From Candidatus Nomurabacteria bacterium (lineage in GTDB: Bacteria > Patescibacteriota > Minisyncoccia > Phycocordibacterales > UBA9973), in the NCBI GenBank assembly GCA_963832025.1, contig CAWHSF010000003.1:79665-143664 (forward strand): a stretch of 64,000 nucleotides of DNA, read 5' to 3'. The stretch's first letter is position 1; each line of letters opens with the position of its first letter. A program made the translations under genes and the position numbers. Under the pieces are notes generated by a model that saw only the letters and a list, made by a program, of their open reading frames with translations, did no database searches and was not told where the DNA came from. Below are positions 26,712 through 35,285 of this stretch, in pieces.

Positions 26712-27578
26712 CTATTTCAAAAAATATCTACTCCAACGCTTCTCTCCGGTCTTATCAAGGACGTTGTCTTTTACCATAGAAACTAGCTCGCGCTGCAATG
26801 TCTTTTCACTGCAAACTATAAGGACATTAAATTTTTCAGTGTGTGCTTGGGCTTTGTCCTTTATGTCCTTTATGGTAGCTCCCCCTGTTATTGTTTTAAT
26901 TATAGCTATGATGCTTTCACGTCGCTGTCTTTTAAGAATATTAAACCCCGCATCAAATCCTTCACGGGCAGAGATATTTTTATCGGACACAGAAATATGT
27001 CTTAGGGCTTTCAATAAAGTGCTTCCCTTTTGAACGCCAAGATTGGTGGAATTGTGATGTCCGATAACCTGACGTCGGACATCTGCTAAAGCAGGTGTCC
27101 GACGTCTCTCCTCATCGAGAGTAGAATTTGCAAAAAATTCTGCTAAATTTATCTCCTTGTTTGATATATCAGCCTTGTTTGTGGAATCCAAAATAGATTG
27201 ATTCAATTCAGAAAATTCCTTCTTTAAGATATTGCAATTCATCTCGGAAATAATATTCACCGCGGAAGCAATCTCTAAAAAGGACATGATTTCGGCTATC
27301 TTGTTACTCATAAAAGACAATGTGTGCCCGGTATTATTTCGTTGTAATAAATGTATGTCCGTTATGATTTCAGCGCCCAATGTCCTTAATTTATTTCTTA
27401 GAGGTTCGTCTTTGTCTATGATGTCCGTAACCATGTAAAGAGCTGTAATTAGCTTATCTGTTTTAGTATAAGAACCCACCATAAAAATCGCTGTTTGGTA
27501 TGGAACAGGCACAGAGGAAGAAGTGTCTTTTACAGAGTTTTTATTAGAGTCCTTGAGATTTTTTTCATCTCTAAACAT
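26712..27578 (-). CDS. hypothetical protein (288 aa) with probable C-terminal winged-helix domain
   Basis: C-terminal ...SEKTLQRELVSMVKDNVLDKTGEKRWSRYFLK pattern. Contains an in-frame palindromic insert. Confidence 0.55.
   Translation of the reverse strand: MFRDEKNLKDSNKNSVKDTSSSVPVPYQTAIFMVGSYTKTDKLITALYMVTDIIDKDEPLRNKLRTLGAEIITDIHLLQRNNTGHTLSFMSNKIAEIMSFLEIASAVNIISEMNCNILKKEFSELNQSILDSTNKADISNKEINLAEFFANSTLDEERRRTPALADVRRQVIGHHNSTNLGVQKGSTLLKALRHISVSDKNISAREGFDAGFNILKRQRRESIIAIIKTITGGATIKDIKDKAQAHTEKFNVLIVCSEKTLQRELVSMVKDNVLDKTGEKRWSRYFLK
27071..27106. repeat. 36-nt palindrome gacgtcggacatctgctaaagcaggtgtccgacgtc inside the 288-aa ORF
   Basis: Same core (ctgctaaagcag) as the intergenic copies at 17228 and 20561. 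Preceded by cgataacc. 12 codons (RRTPALADVRRQ). Confidence 0.85.
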
Positions 27579-27591
27579 TTGTCCATTATAT

Positions 27592-27637
27592 ACACCCCCA
27601 CACTTTTTGCAAGTCCTTTAAAAAAGTGTGGGGGTGT
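27592..27637. repeat. CCCCCACAC-family hairpin with perfect 17-bp arms
   Basis: acacccccacacttttt (27592-27608) / aaaaagtgtgggggtgt (27621-27637). Confidence 0.9.
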
Positions 27638-27671
27638 GGGACAAGAAAAAAGCAAGGGAATTTTAAGAGAC

Positions 27672-27743
27672 GTTGCTAAAATTTTTTCCTCCTGCACCCT
27701 CCCCTTCGGGGTGGGAACCTCGGAGATAAAAAATTTTAGCAAC
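27672..27743. repeat. 72-nt hairpin: ~21-bp AT-rich stem capped by a GC-rich tetraloop hairpin
   Basis: gttgctaaaattttttcctcc / ggagataaaaaattttagcaac with core caccctcccc-ttcg-gggtggg. Confidence 0.7.
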
Positions 27744-27797
27744 TTCTCTTTTTTAACTTTTATTCTAATTTAAAGAATTGTGTTAAAATATTCCTAT

Positions 27798-30029
27798 ATG
27801 GCAAAAAATAAGAAAAACAATTCCAATGATAAAAAATCTTCCGGATTAAAAACTCAAACCAAACATGGAATTGTCGCAGTCATTTTTTTTGTACTCGCAT
27901 TATTTCTCTTGATGTCGATGTCGGTGTTTAATGTGGCAGGAGTGGCGGGGAAAAATGTTTATCAATTTTTAGATCTTCTTTTCGGATACGGTTACGTTCT
28001 CTTACCAATTCTTTTTATCTTACTCGGAATTTCTTTTATCAAATCAGAAGTGCCAGACATCGGATGGGTTCGCACTCTCTCCGGGATATTGTTTTTGCTT
28101 TCAAGTTTGGGAATTATTGATATCGCTTCCGGTAAAGGTGTCCATGGAGGCGGACTCCTGGGAGAAATTTTATCGACTCCATTTGTCGCGCTTTTTGATA
28201 TTTATGCAAGTTTAATTTTTCTCGGAGCACTCCTCATAATTTCAATTTTGATAATGTTTGACACCAAACCAAACTTCGCGCCATTTTTTGCAAAAATTTG
28301 GTCATTCTTTAAAAAAGAAAAAGGAGAAGAGGCAAATAAATCGGAACTGAACAAAAATGAACTGGAGGAAGTGGCAAAATCTATGCCAGAGGAAGAAGAA
28401 AAAGAAAATGCAAAAGAAAGTGCTACCGATAAAATAAAAAATGCGCTGGGTGTAGGTAAAAAAGCAGAAGAAAAAACAGAAGAGGAAGAAATGCCGATTA
28501 GAAAAAGGAAAAGTACTTTGAGCTCTTATACCCCTCCCTCGATTGATCTTCTCGAAGAAGACAAAGGCAAACCAAACACCGGTGATATCAAAGCGAATGC
28601 AAACATCATCAAACGAACGCTTGCAAACTTTGGCATTGAAGTGGAAATGGATGAAATAACCATCGGACCGACCGTCACCCGTTATGCTTTGAAACCAGCC
28701 GAAGGAGTGAAACTTTCGCGCATCGTAGGTTTGCAAAACGATTTGGCTCTGTCGCTCGCCGCACATCCGATACGTATAGAAGCACCGATTCCGGGAAAAA
28801 GTTTAGTCGGTATTGAAATTCCAAATAAATCAAAATCTATTGTTGGGCTCGCCACTCTTCTCTCCGATGAGAAGTTCCAAAATTCTCCAAAACCTTTGAC
28901 GATTGCCTTGGGTAGAAATATTTCCGGCAAAGCAACTTTTGGGAATCTGGCGAAGATGCCACACGTGCTCGTCGCCGGAACTACCGGTTCTGGAAAATCA
29001 GTAACCATTCACTCCATGATAACTTCCCTACTGTATAGAAATGGCCCAGATGATTTGAAACTCATATTGATAGACCCAAAACGCGTCGAGTTAACTTTGT
29101 ACAATAATATTCCGCATCTGCTGACGCCGGTAATCACCGAAGCAAAGAAAACAATTCTCGCTTTGAAATGGGCAGCCAAAGAAATGGACCGCCGTTATGA
29201 TATCTTGGAAGCCGAATCTGTGCGAGACATAGAGTCTTACCATAAAAATGTTTTTGATAAAAATCCTAAAAAGACTACCAAAAATAGTGATGGAGTAGAA
29301 GAGGAAATAAATGCAGACCGCATGCCATACATCGTCATCATCATAGACGAATTAGCAGATATTATGAGCAGTTACCCGAGAGAGCTGGAAGCTGCGATTG
29401 TCCGCCTAGCCCAAATGTCTAGAGCGGTCGGAATCCATTTAATACTTTCTACTCAACGCCCAGAGGTTAATGTTATCACTGGACTCATAAAAGCCAACAT
29501 TCCAGCCCGCGTCGCTTTGAAAGTTTCTTCACAAGTAGATTCACGCACGATATTGGATGCTGGAGGAGCGGAAAAACTTTTGGGCGCCGGCGATATGTTG
29601 TACTCTTCAGGGGAAGCTCAACCAGAAAGATTGCAAAGCGCATTTATTTCCGAAACAGAAGTAAAAAAAGTGGTGAAGTATTTAGCCGATGCTTATCGTG
29701 ATGAAGTATCCGAAGAAATAACTTTGACTGCAGGCTCTATCTCGGCTGATAAAAGTATTTTTGAAGCTTCACTCGAAGATAATGGCGAAGAAGATGACGA
29801 CGAACTATACGAAGAGGCCAGAGCTTGTGTAATAGAAGCAGGTAAAGCATCCACATCTTATCTGCAAAGAAAATTAAAACTTGGATACGCGAGAGCCGCC
29901 CGACTGATGGATGTACTCGAAGAACGCGGAGTTATCGGACCAGGAGACGGAGCAAAACCAAGAGAAGTGCTGGAAAAAATTGAGCACACAGAAAATGGAG
30001 ACCTGCCTGCCGGCAGGCAGGGAATGTGA
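27798..30029 (+). CDS. ftsK: DNA translocase FtsK/SpoIIIE
   Basis: N-terminal TM helices, Walker A GTTGSGKS, motor domain, gamma winged helix YLQRKLKLGYARAARLMDVLEERGVIGP. TGTTAAAAT extended -10 (27781-27789) lies 8 nt before the ATG. Confidence 0.9.
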   Translation: MAKNKKNNSNDKKSSGLKTQTKHGIVAVIFFVLALFLLMSMSVFNVAGVAGKNVYQFLDLLFGYGYVLLPILFILLGISFIKSEVPDIGWVRTLSGILFLLSSLGIIDIASGKGVHGGGLLGEILSTPFVALFDIYASLIFLGALLIISILIMFDTKPNFAPFFAKIWSFFKKEKGEEANKSELNKNELEEVAKSMPEEEEKENAKESATDKIKNALGVGKKAEEKTEEEEMPIRKRKSTLSSYTPPSIDLLEEDKGKPNTGDIKANANIIKRTLANFGIEVEMDEITIGPTVTRYALKPAEGVKLSRIVGLQNDLALSLAAHPIRIEAPIPGKSLVGIEIPNKSKSIVGLATLLSDEKFQNSPKPLTIALGRNISGKATFGNLAKMPHVLVAGTTGSGKSVTIHSMITSLLYRNGPDDLKLILIDPKRVELTLYNNIPHLLTPVITEAKKTILALKWAAKEMDRRYDILEAESVRDIESYHKNVFDKNPKKTTKNSDGVEEEINADRMPYIVIIIDELADIMSSYPRELEAAIVRLAQMSRAVGIHLILSTQRPEVNVITGLIKANIPARVALKVSSQVDSRTILDAGGAEKLLGAGDMLYSSGEAQPERLQSAFISETEVKKVVKYLADAYRDEVSEEITLTAGSISADKSIFEASLEDNGEEDDDELYEEARACVIEAGKASTSYLQRKLKLGYARAARLMDVLEERGVIGPGDGAKPREVLEKIEHTENGDLPAGRQGM
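30003..30022. repeat. perfect 20-nt GC palindrome cctgcctgccggcaggcagg
   Basis: Self-complementary. Encodes the last ftsK residues (LPAGRQ) just before the stop. Confidence 0.9.
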
Positions 30030-30030
30030 T

Positions 30031-30402
30031 ATGAATACCAATGCAAAAAAAATAGTAAAAATAGGAGGTATGACTATTTTTTTTCTGGTAATTATACTTT
30101 ACGCTTTTTTTCGCTCAAGGGATTTGATTTTCGGAGTACAAGTCATGAATGTAGACATAAATGGAGCACCAATACAATCAGGAGCCACTATCACCGACAA
30201 CACAGTAGAGATAACCGGTGTCGCGAGAAATGCAATAGATTTAACCTTGGATGGCCGAGCAATATCGGTGAACCAAGCCGGAAATTTTGATGAGACAATT
30301 GCGCTTCTGCCGGGTTATAATATAATCAATATTAGAGCAAAAGATAAGTTTGGACATGTGGATGAAAAAAATTATCAATTAATGCATGTTGTAGGGCAGT
30401 AG
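30031..30402 (+). CDS. membrane-anchored hypothetical protein with Ig-like fold (123 aa)
   Basis: Start at MNTNAKKIVKIGGMTIFFLVIILYAF (TM helix); the longer ORF-track start overlaps ftsK. Confidence 0.55.
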   Translation: MNTNAKKIVKIGGMTIFFLVIILYAFFRSRDLIFGVQVMNVDINGAPIQSGATITDNTVEITGVARNAIDLTLDGRAISVNQAGNFDETIALLPGYNIINIRAKDKFGHVDEKNYQLMHVVGQ

Positions 30403-30479
30403 TTACTTTTATTCAGGTCCTCGGTCCTCCGGGGCCCCACACCCCGGCCAGACCATTCATAAAAGCAACTACTACCCTA
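30392..30479. repeat. ~88-nt imperfect hairpin: 28-nt AT-rich arms, GC-rich core ccgggg-ccccaca-ccccgg
   Basis: tagggcagtagttacttttattcaggtc / gaccattcataaaagcaactactacccta. Overlaps the stop codon at 30400-30402. Confidence 0.7.
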
Positions 30480-30489
30480 TAACTAAATA

Positions 30490-30649
30490 TTTTTAAATTC
30501 GTTGAAGGTGTAGTTTTTGAGAGACCTTGCGCAGGTCATTCGACTCTGAGAGTCTCAGACTCGAATGAGCGGGTAGCCGAGCAGGAACAAATTTTCAGCA
30601 GAAAATTATGTATGTCGAGCAAAAACTATACCGAGAAAGAATTTAAAAA
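30490..30649. other. 160-nt nested inverted-repeat element directly upstream of recA (MITE-like or structured 5' region)
   Basis: Termini tttttaaattc / gaatttaaaaa and tagtttttg / caaaaacta. Inner hairpins gacct-tgcgc-aggtc and cattcgactctgagagtctcagactcgaatg. Confidence 0.55.
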
Positions 30650-30660
30650 ACGTAAATTAT

Positions 30661-31709
30661 ATGCAAAAGAAAAAAGAAAAGAAGGCGGACAAGACAATGG
30701 GAGGTGAAGATGCGACAGTTTTAAATGACACCCTGAAAGCTATCCAGACAAAGTTTGGAGAAGGCGCAATCATGAAATTTGGTGATTCTCCAAAAGTGGA
30801 TATCAATGTCATCCCGACCGGTTCAATCGGACTGGACATGGCGCTCGGTATCGGTGGAATTCCTCGAGGGAGAATCATTGAAATATTTGGACCGGAATCT
30901 TCCGGAAGACTACCCTTTCACTGCACATCGTGGCCGAAGCGCAAAAAAAAGGTGGTGTCTGCGCATACATTGATGCTGAACACGCCATGGATCCGGACTA
31001 TACAAAAAAACTCGGCGTCAACATAAATGATTTACTTATTTCTCAACCGGACAACGGCGAACAAGCACTGGAAATAGTAGAGAGTCTCGTGCGAACAGGA
31101 AAAATTGATGTCATCGTGGTGGACTCGGTAGCTGCGCTCACCCCCAAAGATGAAATTGAAGGAGATATGGGAGCATACCATGTCGGCAAGCAAGCGCGCC
31201 TGATGTCGCAAGCGCTTCGCAAATTGACCGCCATCGTCGCCCGTTCGAAAACTGTCGTAATTTTCATCAACCAAATACGCATGCAAATCGGAGTGATGTT
31301 TGGCAATCCGGAAACGACTCCCGGAGGAAAGGCTTTAAAATTTTATACTTCGGTTCGACTCGACATTCGCAAAATTGCGCAGATTAAAAAAGGAGAAGAA
31401 GTCGTCGGCGGACGCACTCGGGTGAAAGTGGTGAAAAACAAAGTTGCCGCACCATTCAAACAAACGGAATTTGATATCATTTACAACGAAGGCATTTCCA
31501 AAGAAGGCGAATTGATGGCCTTGGGAGAAAAATATAAAATCATTGAGAAAAGTGGCAACTCATACTTTTATACACCCGCGGGTGAAGGAAAGGAAAAGAT
31601 AAAATTGGGTGTTGGTTACGATTCCACTCGAAAATTCTTGAAAGAAGAAAAAAAGATTTCCGAACAAATCTTAAAAGAAATTAAAAAGAAGTTTGCGGAA
31701 GAGGCATAA
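30661..31709 (+). CDS. recA: recombinase RecA (apparent -1 indel in the P-loop codons near 30904)
   Basis: GPESSG then a frame change, then [50 protein letters not shown]. Restoring one A in tccggaa(a)gact gives GPESSGKTT. Confidence 0.9.
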
Positions 31710-31725
31710 AAAAAGATTATAAAAA

Positions 31726-31756
31726 CCAAAAAATTTGCCAAAAGCAAATTTTTTGG
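31726..31756 (+). terminator. recA terminator hairpin
   Basis: ccaaaaaatttgc-caaaa-gcaaattttttgg. Confidence 0.6.
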
Positions 31757-31768
31757 TAGTATGGAGAG

Positions 31769-32350
31769 ATGTCACAATTACAATACAATGAAATTCGCGA
31801 GAAGAAAATCATTATTCATGACGATGAGCCGTGCGAGGTCGTGGAGTCCCATGTCGCCCGCACTCAGCAACGCAAACCGCAAAACCAGGTAAAACTAAGA
31901 AGCTTAATTTCCGGCAAGGTCTTCCCTGCCACTTTCCACGTTTCCGATTCAGCCGATGAAGCAGATATGGAGAAACGCGAAGTTACTTTCCTGTATCACA
32001 ATAAGGGTGAATATTGGTTTTGTGATCCCACAGACAAAAGTAAAAGATTTAAACTGGACGAAGCATTGCTCGGAGATACGGTAAAATTTTTAAAAGAAAA
32101 CAGCAATGTCACCGCTTTGGTTTGGACAAACGAAGACGAAGAAGAAAAAATCATCAAATTAAGCATGCCTATCAAAATGGAATTTAAGGTAAAAGAAGCT
32201 CCGCCGGCGGTGCGCGGAGACACTTCTAAGGGAGGGATCAAGGTTATCATTTTAGAAAATGGAGCCAAGCTCAATGCTCCGATGTTCGTAAACGAAGGAG
32301 ATATCATTCGGGTAAATACGGAAACCGGAGATTACGTGGAGCGAGTCTAG
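31769..32350 (+). CDS. efp: elongation factor P
   Basis: 193 aa with an EF-P three-domain pattern, ending GDIIRVNTETGDYVERV. TAGTAT lies 6 nt upstream of the ATG. Confidence 0.85.
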   Translation: MSQLQYNEIREKKIIIHDDEPCEVVESHVARTQQRKPQNQVKLRSLISGKVFPATFHVSDSADEADMEKREVTFLYHNKGEYWFCDPTDKSKRFKLDEALLGDTVKFLKENSNVTALVWTNEDEEEKIIKLSMPIKMEFKVKEAPPAVRGDTSKGGIKVIILENGAKLNAPMFVNEGDIIRVNTETGDYVERV

Positions 32351-32384
32351 CTCCAGACGTCCAACGTCTGGAGGTTTATCCACA
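32350..32384. repeat. 23-nt palindrome ctccagacgtccaacgtctggag plus gtttatccaca (perfect TTATCCACA), reverse orientation
   Basis: Mirror image of the 12811-12846 element. Confidence 0.9.
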
Positions 32385-32387
32385 ATC

Positions 32388-32416
32388 AAAAAATCCCCTT
32401 TCGGGGATTTTTTGAT
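32388..32416. terminator. bidirectional terminator aaaaaatcccc-tttc-ggggatttttt
   Basis: The same hairpin is repeated at 34013-34040. Confidence 0.65.
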
Positions 32417-33435
32417 TACTTACCTATTATAAAATTTTTATTTAAATAATAAGTCACATAACCTACACCTATCACAAAAAATCCTACAAATATCAAAGAA
32501 ACAGGCCATCCAACAGAATTAACAAAATATTTTGAAGTAAGTTTTATAATATGAGCCATTAAAAACAAAGCTCCAAACAAAAGCATCGACTGACTCTTTA
32601 GATAAACGCTGGCATAAAAAGCTACAAAAATTAAAGCAATAAAAATTATATCGAAAAATCCTCCGACAAGAATACCTGAACCCAAAATAGCTAATGTGCC
32701 AAAACCATAAAGTACATTTTGAATGGCTTTTTTTTCTTTTCCATCCGCAGAATCCACAGCGACAGCAATAGATTTGTAACCATAAGATATAAGAATATAA
32801 GAAAATCCCCAAAGCATAGTGGCCCATTTCAACAAATCAGAATTAAATTGTGGTGGAAACATTTGCAACAAGAATGAAAAGTAAGCCCACGAAGCAAAAC
32901 CTATGGTAATTAAAATTAAAATATTTTTTTTATTAACAAGGCAGGCAGCTCCAAAAATTAAAAATAAAAGACAGGCGGAAAAAAACGTGTATGGCCAAAC
33001 AAAATTAATATTGGCTTCGTGTAAGAGAACATATATCCCTAAGGGGGCAAGCGCTGCAGAGATAGTAAACATAACCTGAGAAAGCATTCTTTGAGATGGT
33101 TGGTAAAGAAAAAAGGCCAGAACGTAAGTCACAAGAGAAATACCCAAAGTCACCGAAACACGACCTGAAAATCCTATTTGTGTCCAATTTTGACTAATCA
33201 AAATTATCACACCAACCAAAACAATCATCGCACCAATTCCATAAAAAGTATGGATTAAGTTTTTTGAGTTTTCTTCTTTGCTCGAAGGTTGCTGAGGAGG
33301 GACCGGAATAAAGTTTGAAGCTGTATTATTAGGAGTGGCAGAACTGTCATTTATCAAAGTCATTAAATCTGCCTTAGAAATTTTACCGTTTTCCAATTGT
33401 CCTTGTATTAACGAAATAATTTGCTGTTTATCCAT
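32416..33435 (-). CDS. multi-pass membrane protein (339 aa; soluble N-terminal helix then ~9 TM helices)
   Basis: Hydrophobicity pattern only. Confidence 0.55.
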   Translation of the reverse strand: MDKQQIISLIQGQLENGKISKADLMTLINDSSATPNNTASNFIPVPPQQPSSKEENSKNLIHTFYGIGAMIVLVGVIILISQNWTQIGFSGRVSVTLGISLVTYVLAFFLYQPSQRMLSQVMFTISAALAPLGIYVLLHEANINFVWPYTFFSACLLFLIFGAACLVNKKNILILITIGFASWAYFSFLLQMFPPQFNSDLLKWATMLWGFSYILISYGYKSIAVAVDSADGKEKKAIQNVLYGFGTLAILGSGILVGGFFDIIFIALIFVAFYASVYLKSQSMLLFGALFLMAHIIKLTSKYFVNSVGWPVSLIFVGFFVIGVGYVTYYLNKNFIIGK

Positions 33436-33439
33436 ATAT

Positions 33440-33970
33440 TTATTTTATCCAACCAAGAAATTTAAAATTATTTGAATAATAATCACTTCCACTCACATTT
33501 AAGCCGTCTAAACTTTTTGAAGCATTACCTTTAGCAATGACATATCCATTTTGATTACTATTAGAACCAAATAAAGCAAAAATTCCTTCATTGCTGTATT
33601 GATATTTCACGATATATCCATCAGGCGAAGAGGGTCCTGGGTCAACAACAATATTTTTTACATCATTAAAATCAACCTGATGCGTAGAATTATCTTTTAC
33701 ATTATAAATAAATAGCGGTGGATTAATGGCAGTATTAGAAGCGACATATCCCTTAGCAACCGGTAGAGGGCTTAATACAAGAAAGTTGTTTTGAACTGCA
33801 TAAGTGTTTGTGTATAGTTGATTGTTATAATAAGAATTTGCATTGGAGTAAAGAAAATCATACTGTGGTTTTATAAACCAATTAGGAACAAAAATAACAA
33901 TAGAAATTATGAGAATGAAAAAAACTGGCAACGCAATCCCCACAACTAGAGGCAAGTTTTTTATTTTCAT
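33440..33970 (-). CDS. membrane-anchored hypothetical protein
   Basis: Start at MKIKNLPLVVGIALPVFFILIISIVIF (TM helix). Confidence 0.5.
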   Translation of the reverse strand: MKIKNLPLVVGIALPVFFILIISIVIFVPNWFIKPQYDFLYSNANSYYNNQLYTNTYAVQNNFLVLSPLPVAKGYVASNTAINPPLFIYNVKDNSTHQVDFNDVKNIVVDPGPSSPDGYIVKYQYSNEGIFALFGSNSNQNGYVIAKGNASKSLDGLNVSGSDYYSNNFKFLGWIK

Positions 33971-34012
33971 ATACTTACATTTATTATACCAAGATATTAA
34001 TCTCTTCACAAA

Positions 34013-34040
34013 CTAAAAATCCCCTTTCGGGGATTTTTAG
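34013..34040. terminator. bidirectional terminator, second copy of atcccctttcggggat
   Basis: ctaaaaatcccctttcggggatttttag. Confidence 0.65.
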
Positions 34041-34045
34041 TTTCT

Positions 34046-34246
34046 TTATTTAACTACAAAAGGAAGCAAGCCGAGGAATCGAGCGTGTTTGATGGCGTTT
34101 GCCAAAGCGCGTTGGTTTTTGGAAGTTACCCCGCTGCGTTTATGGCTCACAATCTTACCATTTGGATTTAAAAATTTCTTTAGAATTTCTATATCCTTGT
34201 AATCTATATATTTTATATTGTTGGCTGAAAAATAATCTTGTCTCAT
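34046..34246 (-). CDS. rpsR: 30S ribosomal protein S18
   Basis: 66 aa, IDYKDIEILKKFLNPNGKIVSHKRSGVTSKNQRALANAIKHARFLGLLPF. Confidence 0.9.
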   Translation of the reverse strand: MRQDYFSANNIKYIDYKDIEILKKFLNPNGKIVSHKRSGVTSKNQRALANAIKHARFLGLLPFVVK

Positions 34247-34258
34247 AAATTTTTATTA

Positions 34259-34708
34259 TTAAAAAGGTATATCCTCCGGATTAATATCTTCTTCTGGGTA
34301 TTCTATTGCATCTACTTCTCCTTCAGATGCCGGAGCTTTTGAACCGACACTATTCGTACCTCCACTTGCCGTGTTAGCTCCCTTTGGACCAAACTGTGTG
34401 CGATCCGCAACTATCTCGGTGCGATATTTTTTCTCTCCACTCGTTTTATCATCCCAACTACGTGTCTGCATTCTGCCTTCAACTAAAATAGAACTTCCTT
34501 TTTTCATATATTGTGCGACGGTTTCTGCTTGACGTCCAAACACGACAACGTTGTGATAATCGGCTGATTCTTGGCGAGCGCCATTCTTGTCTTTCCAAAC
34601 ACGATTGGTGGCCAAAGAAAATGTGCAAACTTTTATACCGGAAGGCAAAGAACGAAGTTCCGGGTCGCGAGTAAGGTTTCCTATTACAATTGCTTTGTTT
34701 AAATACAT
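34259..34708 (-). CDS. ssb: single-stranded DNA-binding protein
   Basis: OB-fold N-terminus MYLNKAIVIGNLTRDPELR and acidic tail ending DIPF. Sits in the conserved rpsF-ssb-rpsR order. Confidence 0.9.
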   Translation of the reverse strand: MYLNKAIVIGNLTRDPELRSLPSGIKVCTFSLATNRVWKDKNGARQESADYHNVVVFGRQAETVAQYMKKGSSILVEGRMQTRSWDDKTSGEKKYRTEIVADRTQFGPKGANTASGGTNSVGSKAPASEGEVDAIEYPEEDINPEDIPF

Positions 34709-34726
34709 GGTTAAAAAAATTTACAA

Positions 34727-35251
34727 TTACACTGCTACTAAGGCATCGATCTCTTTATCAATTTCTTCTTTGTTTATAGGGGTAACATTTTCAACATCAT
34801 CATTTTTGGCTTTAAATCTTTTATGTGTGGCATCTCTACCAACAAATCTCTTTGCCGCAATAGTATTTTCTTTAACTGTCTTTAATATTAAAAATCGGAT
34901 AACATTTGGGTCTAAATCCATTTTCTTTTTCAACTCTAAAACTTTATCTGAGTCCATAGTAAATTTAACCCAGCCAAAATATGCAGAGTTAAATTTATTT
35001 CGTACGTTCGCCACGGTTTTTACCATAGAATAAGCGAGTGGCGTCAGTTTCGGCATTTCATCGGAGATATGAACACCTCCCAAAGAAGACACCAGTTCTT
35101 TCAAATTGCCGAAAACAGTCGGAACGTTGACTTCCTCAATTGTAGGCACTAAAAGATAACCAAGCTCATAAACTCTGTTGTTTGTTTCTTCCGTAATTTC
35201 ATTTGCGTCTTTTATTTCGACGTCTTTTTCACTTGACTGCATGAATCTCAT
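34727..35251 (-). CDS. rpsF: 30S ribosomal protein S6 (with terminal extensions)
   Basis: YELGYLLVP... core, positioned upstream of ssb and rpsR. Confidence 0.75.
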   Translation of the reverse strand: MRFMQSSEKDVEIKDANEITEETNNRVYELGYLLVPTIEEVNVPTVFGNLKELVSSLGGVHISDEMPKLTPLAYSMVKTVANVRNKFNSAYFGWVKFTMDSDKVLELKKKMDLDPNVIRFLILKTVKENTIAAKRFVGRDATHKRFKAKNDDVENVTPINKEEIDKEIDALVAV

Positions 35252-35285
35252 ACTAGCAAAAAGCCCTGAAAAAGTAAAGTTTATT

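Noticed and set aside
30661-31709. Programmed ribosomal frameshifting in recA and other split genes
   Set aside because: The breaks sit in short homopolymers, with no slippery heptamer or downstream pseudoknot pattern. They hit many unrelated essential genes, which is the pattern of consensus indels.
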